The notes under the pieces: model-generated
Database searches by the model: none
Seen by the model: the letters and a program-made list of their open reading frames with translations, nothing else
Told to the model about the DNA's origin: nothing
Source of the DNA: Octopus sinensis
Taxonomy: Eukaryota
Direction: 5' to 3'
NCBI RefSeq assembly: GCF_006345805.1
Contig: NC_043006.1
Span: 38,006,001 to 38,070,000, forward strand
DNA: 64,000 nucleotides
Translations under genes and position numbers: made by a program
Shown: positions 39,251-52,654 of the stretch, piece by piece
How positions within the stretch are numbered: the first letter of the stretch is position 1
How the letters are laid out: each line of letters starts with the position of its first letter

Positions 39251-40612
39251 AACAACAACAAATAACAGAAGTTAGAAAAGAATGGGTGTTAAAGAAAAAG
39301 AGTGAGAGAGAAAGAGAAGAGACGCATACACTCACACACATACACACACAAACAAGCTACCCACAAACACACACACAGGCATATACACAGCTACGTATAT
39401 ATGTGATACACACATAAGCGACACGGAAACAGGAAGATTAACTTTACACCTCCCCCATACACACACAGCACATTGCATTTCCTTCCAATCCACCCCGCAT
39501 TCGTTTACTTTTTTTGTTACCTTCTCTCCAGGAACCCCCCCCCCCCACTACAATCCATGCACACACACACACACACACCACAACTACTACCACCACCACC
39601 ACCGTCGACATCGCTGCCTTCAGCAACAGGAGCAGCTAACCTTACTACAGAGTTGAATGAATGAACGTGTAGTTTATATCAGAGTAGAGTTAGGATAGCG
39701 AGAAAAGGTGTGGTTCGGTGAATGGCCCTGCACGCCCACCCCCTTCTCACCTGATCCCCCCCCTTCCTAGGAGTAGGTGGGGAGGGACTGAAGAAGGAAG
39801 TAAAAGTAAAATGACAGTGTGTGTGCATGTGTGTGCTTAGGTTTGTGTGTTTTTGAGTAATGCACACATGCTTGTCTGTATATGTATATACATATATATA
39901 TATATGTGTATGTATTCCTGTATACATACAAATATGCATACATATATGTGTATGTATCACAGTGTGTATGCATGTGTGTGTGTGTGTGTGCTTAGATTTG
40001 TGTGTTTTTCAGTAACACATGCATGCATGTCTGTATATGTATGCACATGTATATATATATATATATTTGTGCATGTATTTCTGTATGTGCAAACGAGTGT
40101 GCATTATTCTATGTGCAAGTGAGTGTGCACTCCTGTGTCTTCATGTGTGTGTGTATGCATGTGTGTGCGTGTATGCATGTGTGTGTGTATGCATGTGTGT
40201 GTGTATATGCATGTGTGTGTGTGTGCTAGGTTTATATATTTTTGAGTAACACATGCATGAACGTCTATATGTATATATATGTATATATATGCGTATGTAT
40301 TTCTATATGTGCAAGCGAGTGTGCATTGTTATACTTGCAAGTGAGTGTGCACCCGTTTCTTCACATGTGTGTGTTTGTGTGGGTGTATGCATGTGTGGGT
40401 GTGTGTGCATATATATTTGCGTGCTTCAGTCTAAGTTTTTTTGCATGACTGCATGCACTTCTATATATATATATATGCACGTGTATGCAGGTGTATACAT
40501 TCCTCTGCGTGTGTGTATGTGTGTGTATGTGTATGTATTTGTATGTGCATTCTTGTATCTTTATCTGTATGTGAGTACTTTCTTCTGAGTGTGTGTGTGT
40601 ATGTGCATGCAC

Positions 40613-40643
<31 letters not shown>

Positions 40644-41784
40644 ACAGATGCATGCACAGGTGTGCTCATATATATATGTGTATGTGTGTGGGTATGTATA
40701 CCTATATGTGCATATGTGAATGTATTTCTGTGTCTTCCCTTGTGCGTGTGTTTGTGTGTTAGAATTATATGCATACAAGCATAAGCCTGTAACTTTGTGT
40801 CTATGCATGCTACATGTGTACATGTGTATGTATGTGTGTGTGTGTATATGTGAATGTGAGGAAGAGCAAAGAGGAGAATTCAGAAGGATACAGAGAGATG
40901 GGAGAGAAGCCATAAAAAAGATAATGATGATGATGATGATGAAAGTGTAGATGATAGAAGATGAGAAATGAAGGTCATGGGTGGGTGGGTGGGGGTTTAG
41001 CAACGAGAAAGGTGAAGATGATATGAAAGTAAACAACAAGAAAAACAAAAAAATATATTTAAAAGCACCCAAGAAAGAAAAAAACCCACAAAAAAATTGG
41101 AAAATGTAGGTCGTGACCTGTTAACTCGATTTTTTTAGGGGGTACCATGAAGGTGGGGGGTATTTGTGGTAGTGGTGGTGGTGATGATTTTGGTTGTGAT
41201 AATGGTGATGATGATAGTAAAAATAGTAGAAGTGATGGTGGTGGTGATGGTGTTACAGCTGGTGGTGAAGGTGTTAATGCTGGTGATAGTAGTGAGAGTG
41301 GTAGAGACAGTGAGGAAGCTAGTAATTATGATGACGATGATGGTGATTATGGTGGTGGCTTTGATGATGATGATGGGTACTATAGATGATGATGATGATG
41401 ATGACAGAAAGTGTTGATATCAGCTGTGGGGTCTAGTGATGATGGTGGTGGTGATGGTGATGGTGTTTATGGTGAAAAGAAAGATGGTGGTGATGATTGC
41501 AATGACAATCATTATGAGGATCAATAACGTTGATGATATGGACAATGATAAGAATTGATGATGGTGGCGGTGGTGGTAGTGGTGGTGGAGGGGATTGTGA
41601 CAGTGGAGTGTAGTCACAGTCACAGAACATTTGCTGATTCAGGCAGGCAATGGTAAAGATATCGTGCAGCGGCAGCATTTTTGGTAGCACTTTATCTGCC
41701 CTGCAGTGTTTGAGATCAAACCTCATCATTGGCTGCTAACTTCCAGGGTCGATGAATTATGTATCAACAATATGCTGGTATAGA

Positions 41785-42188
41785 CACAAGAGTGGCTGTG
41801 TGGTAAAATGTTTGCCTCCCGACCACGTGATTCCAGGTTCAGTCCCACTGCATGGCACCTCGAGCAAATGATTTCTACTCAAGCTCAACAGCTAAACAAA
41901 GCCTTGTGAATAGATTTAGTAGACAGAAACTGAAAGAAGACTGTTGTGTGTGTGTGTGTGTGTGTGTATGTGTGTGTGTGTGTGTGTATGTGTGTGTGTA
42001 TACGTATATATATTCTTTTATTCTTTTACCTGTTTCAGTCATTTGACTGTGGCTTCTCTGTAAGCCTAGTTCTTATTCTATTGGTCACATTTGCTGAACT
42101 GCTAAGTTACGGGTGCTGTAAACACACCAGCATCAGTTGTCAAGTGATGGTGGTAGGCTCAAAAACAGACACACAAATATATACATAT

Positions 42189-42233
<45 letters not shown>

Positions 42234-42400
42234 TATATACATATATATGACAGGCTTCTTTCAGTTTACATCTACCAAATTCACTCATAAGGTTTTGGTC
42301 GGCCTGAGGCTATAGTAGAAGATACTTGTTCAAGGTGTCATGCGGTGGGACTGAACCCAGAACCATGTGATTAGGAAGCAAGCTTCTTCCCACACAGCCA
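41785..42400. mobile_element. Two convergent SINE A copies
   Basis: Plus-strand head 41785-41945 and minus-strand copy 42012-42400. Confidence 0.8.
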
Positions 42401-42444
42401 CATAATGGATAGAAAATGGAATTAGCAGCATTCTTTATTTAAAC

Positions 42445-42547
42445 ATCACTACAATTGTTTCAACATATTTTTACACCTTTAGTACATAGGTAAGGTATGC
42501 AATCATTATCTTACATTCACGTTGTGGACTGCATTTCATCAGGTGAT
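42445..42547 (-). ncRNA. Minimal hammerhead in a solo PLE-end-like fragment
   Basis: ATCAC-CTGATGA-AATG[long loop]TGTT-GAAA-CAATTG-TA-GTGAT, followed by AATAAA. Confidence 0.78.
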
Positions 42548-42685
42548 TGTATAAATAAGTCCTTCATTAGATCCTCTCACCATTTCACTCAGTGTGATAA
42601 TGTATATCCAGAGTAATGTGGCATTCCCAGCAATTCTGGGAATGAATTTGATAGACAGAAACTGTGTGGAAGCCCACTATCTGTA

Positions 42686-42717
<32 letters not shown>

Positions 42718-44713
42718 TGTCGTTTTGGCTGCCATACCCACAAACACAGAGTTTGACAACTGGTGTTGGTTTGATGGGTAGCTTTTGATGGTGTTGGTTT
42801 GTTTACGTCACTATAATTTAGCAGTTTGGCAAAAGGAACCAATAGAACAAATATCAGATTAAAAAATAAATAAAATAACACAAGTGCAGGGGTTGGTTTG
42901 CTTGATTAAAACCCTACCAGGTGGTTCCCCAGAATGAGCACAGTCCCATGACTAAAACAAGTAAAAGAGAAAAGGTATTGGTTCCTGATGATGGATATTT
43001 CTCTTCAGAATGGCATGAATACCACACACTCTCAGTTTCCTATTTCATCTGATGTCCTTTGGGAAAAGAAAGATATGAAGCAATTGGTGATAGATATGAA
43101 GAAAGACATACTAAGAGAGAGAGGGAGACAGAAAGAGAGAGAGAAAGGAGAGAGGCAGGAGTAAGGTGAAGGAACTAAGACGAAAATATGTAAGAAAAAA
43201 TAGATGATCAATTAGAGAAGCTATGAGAAGCTTTTCTGATAAATCTAAAGCTAGATGGATTTACAAACTAACAGTCAGATAGATCTCACAGGGTAACCAT
43301 GTACATCCTCTATAGCAAGACACCTATTTCTGCTTCTATTTCTCTGTTACACTCTAAGCTTTCATCATCTGCTACTGGATCACCTCCTCTAAAGCCTCCT
43401 CTGTTGTGGCAAGACACCTGTTTCTGTCTCTCTGTCTGTTTGTCACACTATAACCTTTCATCTTCTGATACAAGTTCCCAAAGCTAACCTCGCCTCTGCT
43501 AGGGCAACGTAAAAAGCACTGAGTCCACTGCACAGACTGTTTGGTTTTAGGAAGGGCATCCAGCCGTAAAATCCCTGCTAAAACAGACACAGTAGCCCTG
43601 GGTACATTTCCTACATAGCCAGCTCCTGTCAAATGTCCTACCCATGCATGAAAGATGGACATTAAATGAAGATGATGAAGTAGATAGACAGATAGAGAGA
43701 GCGAGAGAGAGAGAGAGAGAAACACACACATAATGAGAGAGAGACAGACAGACAAACATAAATGAATAGGTAAACAAAATGTTGATTTCAAATTTTGGCA
43801 CAAGGCTAGCAGTTTCAGAGGAAGGGATAAGTCAATTACATCAACCCCCAATATGCAACTGGTACTTAATTTATTGACCCTGAAAGGATGAAAGGTGAAG
43901 TAGACCTCGGTAGAGTTTGAACTCAGAATGTAAAGACAGATGAAATGCAGCTGAACATTTATAAAGAAACAGGAAAGGAAAAGAAAGAGAAAAAAGTAGG
44001 GTGGGGTGAAGCAGCAGATGATGGAGGGGGAGGGGCGAGGGGCCACATATCCCCGAACAAGTGTGGCACTCAGCCATGCCCTGCAGTAATGACCATGATG
44101 TCGTTGTTGAGGAGAATGGCCAGCAACACTTGCTGTAGCAGTCACTCCGTGTCATGGGTCTTGTTTCTCTGAGGGACCACTGTTGTTCCTATTTTGCAGA
44201 GGAAATTGGTAGCACAGGGTCCTAGAACACCTGACATCTCAATGGTGACCAGCAAAAACTGGTAGTGGCCCAGCATGCTAACAATTCTTATTTCTTTACT
44301 GCTCACAAGGGGCTACACATAGAGGGGACAAACAAGGACAAACGGATTAAGTCGATTATTTCGACCCCAGTGCGTAACTGGTACTTATTTAATCGACCCC
44401 GAAAGGATGAAAAGCAAAGTCGACCTTGGTGGAATTTGAACTCAGAATATAAAGACAGACAAAATACTGGTATGCATTTCGTCCGGTGTGCTAACGTTTC
44501 TGCCAGCTTGCTGCCTTAAGGTAAACAAAATATTTGACACAAGAAGGCTAATATAAATAGACAAACAGATGTAGACAGACATAATTAGCCAATTAAAAAT
44601 AAATAGATGTATACAGGTATAACGAGAAGACAAAGTTATAAATAGACATAGTTAGACAGCAACAGGCATTAGGTAGATATAAATAGACAGCTATAAATAG
44701 ATACAGAGGTATA

Positions 44714-44764
<51 letters not shown>

Positions 44765-44856
44765 TGAGAGAGAGAGATGACTATAAATAAAAATAGATAT
44801 AAATAAGCAGACATAAATAATCATAAAAGATATAAATAGATATAGATAGACAGATA

Positions 44857-45251
44857 GGCGCAGGAGTGGCTGTGTGGTAAGTAGCTTGCTAACCAACCAC
44901 ATGGTTGCGGGTTCAGTCCCACTGCGTGGCATCTTGGGCATGTGTCTTCTGCTATAGTCCCGGGCCGACCAATGCCTTGTGAGTGGATTTGGTAGACGGA
45001 AACTGAAAGAAGCCTGTCGTATATATGTATATATATATGTGTGTGTTTGTGTGTCTGTGTTTGTCCCCCTAGCATTGCTTGACAACCGATGCTTTACATC
45101 CCCGTCACTTAGCGGTTTGGCAAAAGAGACCAATAGAATAAGTACTGGGCTTACAAAGAATAAGTCCCGGGGTCGATTTGATCGACTAAAGGTGCTCCAG
45201 CATGGCCGCAGTCAAATGACTGAAACAAGTAAAAGAGTAAAGAGTAAAGAG
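44857..45251 (+). mobile_element. SINE family A, near-intact young subfamily
   Basis: GGCGCAGGAGTGGCTGTGTGGTAAG head, GGTTCAGTCCC B-box-like motif, (GAGTAAA)n tail; CpGs retained. Confidence 0.95.
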
Positions 45252-45982
45252 ATAGTTATAAGCAAATATGAACAGACAATCCCCCACATACACACTCACT
45301 CCCACACACATAGATGGCTATAAATAGAAATAGGTAGATATAAATAGGTAGATAGAAATAATCATAAAAAGATCTAAATAGAGAGATATAGATGGACATA
45401 AATAGACAGATACATAAATAGGTATGGATAAAAAGATATAAATAGACAACAATTAATAGAGGGGTTTAAATAGACATAGTCAATATATATAGACTTATGA
45501 AAAAGAAAAATTTAAACAGAATTAAATAGACACAAATTAGCTGGATGGGTAGAGAAGTAAAAACACAAAATACAGGCAGAGAGGTTGACAGATGGATGGA
45601 TTGATAGAGAGAAAGAGAGATAGAATGACAAAAAAAAAAGATAGATAAGTGAACATTGAGATATGAGGTGTATGTGAAAGATAGAAAGCAGGTGAAAAGG
45701 TAGAAAGTGTAAATGGAGAGAAGAGAATTATAAGAATGGGAATGAGAAGAGAATTATAAGAATGGGAATGAGAAGAGAATAAGTTCAAATATAATACAAA
45801 GAAAGAAGAAAAGTAGGAATGAGTTGCAGGGAATTGACATTTGTCTGAGAACAAGAGAAGAATGTTAAAAGGTTAAAAGTAAATGGTCTTGTCTTTTGTC
45901 TCTAGACAAGAAGCCATCTTAGGAGCTTCTTGTCAAGTAAATCTGGTTGTTGTAAATAGAGTAAAAAGTATCAATAGTTACT

Positions 45983-46985
45983 GTGGAGGCGTGTGGCTTA
46001 GTGGTCGGGGAGTGTTGGACTCATGATTGTAAGACTGTGGTTTTGATTCCTGGTTTGGGCAATGCATTGTGTTCTTGAGCAAGACACTTCATTCCACATT
46101 GCTCCAGTTTGGTTGTTGTAAATATAGTAAAAAGTATTAATAGTTGGAGGCACATGGCTTAGTGGTTAGGGGTTAGGGTGTTGGACTCATGATTGTAAGA
46201 TTGTGGTTTCAATTCCTGGACCAGGCAATACATTTCACATTTCTGTGGAGGTGCATGGCTTAGTGGTTAGAGTGTTGGACTCATGATCCTAAGATTGTGG
46301 TTTCACTTCCTGAACTGGGCAATGCATTGTGTTCTTGAGCAAAACACTTCATTTCACATTGCTGTGGAGGTCATGGCTTAGTGGTTAGGGTGTTGGACTC
46401 ATGATTGTAAGATTGTGGTTTCAATTCCTGGACCGGGCAATGCATTGTGTTCTTGAGCAAGACACTTCATTCCACATTGCTCCAGTCTACTCAGCTGTTA
46501 AAAGTGAGTTATCCTGCAATGAACCAGCTTCCAGGCCAGGGAGGGGTATATACCCCAGAGAAACGGAGAATCTGGCTTTAAGCTGCTTAAGGAATAACGC
46601 AGACTAGCCATTAATGGTTACTGCTGTAGTAGCAACAGCAGCAGTAGTTGTAGTAGTAGTTGTACATGGCTCAGTGTTTCGGATATTCAGCTCATGGTTG
46701 TAAGATCATGAGTTCAATTCCTGGTGACTCATTGTGTCCTTGAGCAAAACACTTTATTTCACATTGCTCCAATCTACTCAGCTTGCGAAAATGGGTTGTA
46801 CCTGTATTTCAAAGGGCCGACCTTATCACACTCTGTGTCATGCTGAATCACCCTGAGAACGAGATTAAGGGTACACAGTTGGTGGAGCACTCAGCCACTT
46901 GCATGCTAATTTCATGAGCAAGCCGTTCCATTGACTGGATCAGCCTGGATCCCTTGTTGTCGTAAATGGCAAAGTGCCAGTATTG
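45983..46985 (+). mobile_element. Array of tRNA/CORE-like SINE D heads (5 copies)
   Basis: TGGCTTAGTGGTTAGGGTGTTGGACTCATGAT...GGTTTCAATTCC...TTCTTGAGCAAGACACTT at ~45983, 46145, 46245, 46364 and 46664. Confidence 0.85.
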
Positions 46986-47001
46986 TTTTTGCTACTCTAT
47001 T

Positions 47002-47194
47002 ACTCTTTTACTTGTTTCTGTCATTTGACTGTGGCAAATCGACCCCAGGACTTATTCTTTGTAAGCCTAGTACTTATTCTATCGGTCTCTTTTGCTAAAC
47101 CACTAAGTTACGGGGACGTAAACACACCAGCATCGGTTGTCAAGCGATGTTGGGGGGGGGGCAAACACAGACACACAAACATATATACATATAT

Positions 47195-47239
<45 letters not shown>

Positions 47240-47390
47240 GCAAATATACATAACGGGCTTCTTTCAGTTTCCGTCTACCAAGGCTTTGGTTGGCTATAGT
47301 AGAAGACACTTGCCCAAGGTACCATGCAGTGGGACTGAACCCAGAACCATGTGATTCATAAGCAAGCTTCTTACCACACAGCCACTCCTA
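47002..47390 (-). mobile_element. SINE family A
   Basis: Reverse-complement copy with small deletions. Confidence 0.85.
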
Positions 47391-47442
47391 TGCTATTTTA
47401 ATTTTTTTTTAACTGGTTTCTGTGATAGAGGTTATACCTTAA

Positions 47443-47652
47443 ACCTTCATTTAAACTGGCCATATCCAGTCAAAATATTCTACCTGTTTTATGCTCAAAC
47501 TGGCCAAACCTGGCCTTTCACACCTTCCCTATAATGTCATTCTAAAAATAAACATCCACATCATCAAATTCTTGAAGCTACAAGATAATCCATAATTAAT
47601 CCAAGACAATAAATAAGCATTAGATTTAACCGAATAATCTGAACGCTAACGG
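47443..47652 (-). mobile_element. piggyBac-like MITE family 1
   Basis: Flanked by TTAA on both sides; reverse complement of the 23050 family body. Confidence 0.75.
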
Positions 47653-48423
47653 TTAAGTCAAATACATTTATCAAACAGGATGCTTACATCATCATCATCA
47701 TCATTGGATGGTTTGACCAGGCTGGAAGGCTGCACCAGACTCCAGTCTGATTTGGCAGGGTTTCTACAGCTGGTAGCCTTTCCTAACACCAACCACTCCG
47801 AGAGTGTAATGAGTGCTTTTATGTGCCACCAGCATGGGTGTCATTTCCATGACACTGGTCTGCCGTGACTGCGATTTTGCTCGGCTTGATGGGTCTTCTT
47901 TTCAAGCATGACATAATGCCAAAGGTCTCTGTGATTCTTCAGTGCCTCGGTGAGGCCCAACAGTCGATAGGTGCTTTTCACGTGCCACCAGCACCAGCCA
48001 TTTTGCCTCTGTAAGGTCCAATGCTCGAAAGGTGCTTTTTACGTGCCACTGGCATGGGTACTAGTTATGTGACACCAGCATCAGCCAAGACAATGATTTC
48101 ACTTGGCTTGACAGGTCTTCTCAAACACAGCATATAACCAAAGTCTCGGTCACCAGTCAAGTGTGTGTGTGTGTGTGTGTATGTGTGAGGACACATGGCC
48201 AAGGGGTTAGGGTGTTGCACTCATGATTGTGAGATCGTGGTTTCAATTCCTAGACTGGGTGGTGTGTTGTGTTCTTGAGGGAAACACATCATCTCACATT
48301 ACTTTGCAATCATTTCAACACCTGACATGTTGCACACCATGTACCTATCCAGACAACAACGATTTGATGGAGGGGTGAGCTAATGTAGAATTCACTATAA
48401 GTAAATCATTTCTGCAGGTTGTT

Positions 48424-49128
48424 AATTTTGGGGGGAGGGGGGCATTGATTAGATTGACCCCAGTATGCAACTGGTACTTAATTTATCGACCACAAAAGGA
48501 TGAAAGGCAAAGTCGGTACCCAGCAGAATCTGAACTCAGAATGTAAAAACAGACAAAATGCCCCTAAGAATTTCACCTGACGTTCTAACATTTCTCTCAG
48601 CTCACCGCCTTCATTCTGCTTAATATTCTTTTCTACTCTAGGCAGAAGGCATGAAATGTTTTGGGGGAGGGGGGGCAGTCAATTAGATCAGCCCCAGTAT
48701 GCAACTGGTACTTAATTTATCAACCCCAAAAGGATGAAAGGTAAAGTCAACCTCAGCAGAATTTGAACTCTGAACATAAAGACAGATGAAATACAGCTAA
48801 GCATTTCACCCAGTGTGCTAACATTTCTAATAGTTCACCACTTTCAACTCCTATAAGCATTTCGCCTGGCATGCTAACATTTGTGCCAGCTCACCGCCTT
48901 CATTCTGCTAAATATTCCTTTCTACTCTAGGCACAAGGCCCTAAATTTTTGTGGGGAGGGGGCCAGTCAATTAGATCGACCCAGCATGCAACTGGTACTT
49001 ACTTTATCAACCCCGAAAGGATGAAAGAAAAAGTCGACCTTGGTGGCATTTGAACTCAGAATGTAAAGACAGACAAAATACCAATAAGCATTTTAACCAG
49101 CATGCTAATGTTTCTGCCAGCTCATCGC
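48424..49128 (-). mobile_element. Multimer of SINE B copies bounded by a single TSD
   Basis: TTTCTGCAGGTTGTT at 48409-48423 and 49129-49143; three near-full units plus a partial head. Confidence 0.85.
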
Positions 49129-50316
49129 TTTCTGCAGGTTGTTCACCAAGAAGGCTGAACACTCATACATGACAAATTTAACTATATTCTCTTTTATTTT
49201 TTTCTTATACTCATTTCAGTCATTTGACTGTGGCCAATGACAAGAAACAGTCGTCTATACCCAATCAACAAGCCAAAGACTAACATGGTTGAACACTAAG
49301 CCAAATTGACATCTGCATTTTGTCCAAACACCCAAAGGACCCATCACTTAGACAAATACAAGAGTACATCCTCATAAATTACTCATACTAAATAGAAAAT
49401 ACATGTAGAAGGTAGGGATACTCCAAAGCCACAAATACCAGCCGCACAGTGTATGTAGGTACATACATAACTAGGCAGTCTAGTAAGTAAATAGCTAGGT
49501 AGGTGGATAGGTAAGTAGATAAGTTTTAGATGGTTAGGTTAGTAATATAGATTGTTAGTCACTTAGTTAATTATGTAGGTAGGTGGGAAGGTAGGCAAGC
49601 AAACAGGTAGGTAGGCAAATAGGTAGAACAGACACGTGCATAAACAAACACAAAAGCATGCACACACACACAGAGGAGACAGAAGCACATGACTATACAT
49701 ATGTACACTCCACAAACGTGCATATACACACAGACACATACAGGCACTAATGCATACACAACAGGTGCACATGTATACATGCACAAACTCATACACATAG
49801 ACACACACACACACACACACACACAAGAAATGAAAGTACAAGCACAAACACACACACTCACACAAACACACAAGCACTCACACACATACAGACACATGAA
49901 TAAGCATAAGAATATATGCATACATACGCAAGCACATGTGCACACTGGTATGCATGCACATGCAAGCAACACCATCTCTGGCAGGCAAATGTGGCCTCCA
50001 TAGCAGACTAAGAAGGAAGTCATTGAAAAGGTTGCTTGAAGCAACAAAAGAGCTATGACAAATAAAAACAAAACAAATAAAGAAACAAACAATTGCTTCG
50101 TTAGTTGGATATTTAACCAATTATCTAATGATAAAGGAGTGGAATCAACCAGTGCTTTCTGTTAATAAAACAGACATAATGACTCTCCCTAGTCACAATA
50201 AAATTTGTTTCAACACACAAATTCAGAGAAAGAATTTTGGGCATCTTCTACTATAGCCATGGGCCTACCAAAGATTTGTGAGTGAATATGGTAGATGGAA
50301 ACCAAAAGAAAACTGT

Positions 50317-50354
<38 letters not shown>

Positions 50355-50527
50355 CATAAGTATGTGTGAGTGTGTGTATGTGTGTGTGTATTTAAGTGTG
50401 TGTGTCTGTGTTTGTCCCGGCACCATCGTCTGACAACTGGTGTTGGTGTGTTTACATCCCTGTAACTTAGTGGTTTGACACTTCTGCATAATAGCAACGA
50501 TATTTTCAACCTCACTTATTTCATATA

Positions 50528-50559
<32 letters not shown>

Positions 50560-50936
50560 CATATATACATATATATATATATACATATAAATATATATTT
50601 ATATTTGAAATAAGCGAGATTGTAAATACACACAAAATATGTGAAAATTTCTTTAAATTTAAATTAAATATGTAGGTGTGTGTATTTGCGCATGTGTGTG
50701 TGTGTGTGTATATATGTCTATATAATATATATATATTATATATATATATATATATATTATATATAATATATACTTATATATATTACATACATACATATAT
50801 ATACTTGGCTGGTTTCACATTTGTTGATTTTTCCGGCGTATAAGTGTGAAAGTGGTTAAGCGTGGGTTTATATATGTGTGTACATGTATATAATATATGT
50901 TTTATATTGAAATTCAAGTATATTATATATTCTTTG

Positions 50937-51496
50937 CAAAATAAATATAAGAGAGTGGTCACTATATGGCTCACTCTAGCACCAGTTAATCCAAAAGGTT
51001 TCAACCACAAAAATACATGTTTCCCATGAAAGTCAGTACGATTGTTAGCTCACACGGACAGGGCAAATAAAAAATAACAAAAATACAGATTATTTTGGGA
51101 CAATGTTTCGCTATTAATGAATTAAATGTAATTTTACTTACAAAAAATCCACTTGTAGCTCGTCAGCCAAAACTATCTGATGAAATCCACTCAATCACAC
51201 GCCAGATTTTACCATAACGATAAATACGCGTGTGGTTCAATTGATTACATCCGACGTTATAATTCAAATGCCCCAACTAACAGCGCGCCAAACTTTCACG
51301 GAAAACAACAGACTGCATTTAGAAATAAATGTAGCATAATTATAATTAATTAATAAGGGTGAGAGAATTAGATACTAATTTATAGTATATCTATTCAACA
51401 CCAAGTGGCCTAGTGCTCCGAGAAACCTGGATTATTATAATATTTTATAATATATTATAATATTTTTACAAAATAAATATAAGAGAGTGGTCACTA
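50937..51496 (-). mobile_element. 532-nt-unit hammerhead element, copy 2 (different permutation)
   Basis: Highly similar to 4927-5566; terminal redundancy CAAAATAAATATAAGAGAGTGGTCACTA at 50937 and 51469 (period 532). Confidence 0.88.
51095..51170 (-). ncRNA. Minimal hammerhead (1-nt deletion in the stem III palindrome)
   Basis: TTGG-CTGACGA-GCTA..TAGC-GAAA-CATTG-TC-CCAA. Confidence 0.8.
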
Positions 51497-51585
51497 CATT
51501 TTCAACTTCATTTATTTCTTCTGTATGACATGTTTGGATTAGTAATGATTTTTCAATATATATATGGTCCTCTATTTGTGTGCGT

Positions 51586-51620
<35 letters not shown>

Positions 51621-51974
51621 AGCATACATAGATAAGCATACACGAATTTATATCTAGCCAAGCTGAAACAAACACACACACAGCATAAAGGTAAAATTGC
51701 ACATATACACAAACACAAGCCAAAAAAATATATATATATGTACATATATATATATATATAATATAAATATATATGTACATACATATACATACACACACAT
51801 GCCCACCCATATACCCAGCAGCGTGCTGTGTATAAACACAAATATTTATATATTTATGCAGACATACAAAAGCTTGCATTTATACAAATGTTTACATTTG
51901 TATGTCGCCATGAGCAGATACATACACATGAAAATGTGTAAAAATGAACTTATATTTATACACATACACATGTT

Positions 51975-52055
51975 TGCAAGGTGGCCCAGAAGTCACTAGA
52001 CCATTTGAAAATATAATAACTTGCAATGGTCCAGTGATTTTTGGGCCATCCTCTA
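51975..52055. mobile_element. ~80-bp Tc1/mariner-type MITE
   Basis: GGTGGCCCAGAAGTCACTAGACCATT / AATGGTCCAGTGATTTTTGGGCCATC inverted arms. Confidence 0.7.
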
Positions 52056-52084
52056 TATACACAGAGACTGGAGTATATTCATAT

Positions 52085-52491
52085 TTCTCTTTCTCTTTTT
52101 CTCTTTTTCTTGTTTCAGTCATTTGACTGCGGCCATGCTGGAGCACCGCCTTTAGTCGAGCAAATCGACCCCGGGACTTATTCTTTGTAAGCCCAGTACT
52201 TATTCTATCGGTCTCTTTTTGCCGAACCGCTAAGTGACGGGGACGTAAACACACCGGCATTGGTTGTCAAGCAATGCTAGGGGGACAAACACAGACACAC
52301 AAACACATACATATATATATATATACATATATACGACAGGCTTCTTTCAGTTTCCGTCTACCAAGTCCACTCACAAGGCATTGGTCGGCCCGGGGCTATA
52401 GCAGAAGACACCTGCCCAAGATGCCACGCAGTGGGACTGAACCCGGAACCATGTGGTTGGTTAGCAAGCTACTTACCACACAGCCACTCCT
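52085..52491 (-). mobile_element. SINE family A, near-intact young subfamily
   Basis: Shares diagnostic variants with the 44857 copy. Confidence 0.95.
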
Positions 52492-52587
52492 ATATACCGG
52501 TTGGTATGTTGATACAGGGATGTGTATACATTCACGAGCACATACATACACATGAAAACACACATGTATAAGTACATATATATTTAT

Positions 52588-52654
<67 letters not shown>

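Noticed and set aside
45983-46500. tRNA gene cluster
   Set aside because: Heads lack a complete acceptor stem and run into SINE core sequence.
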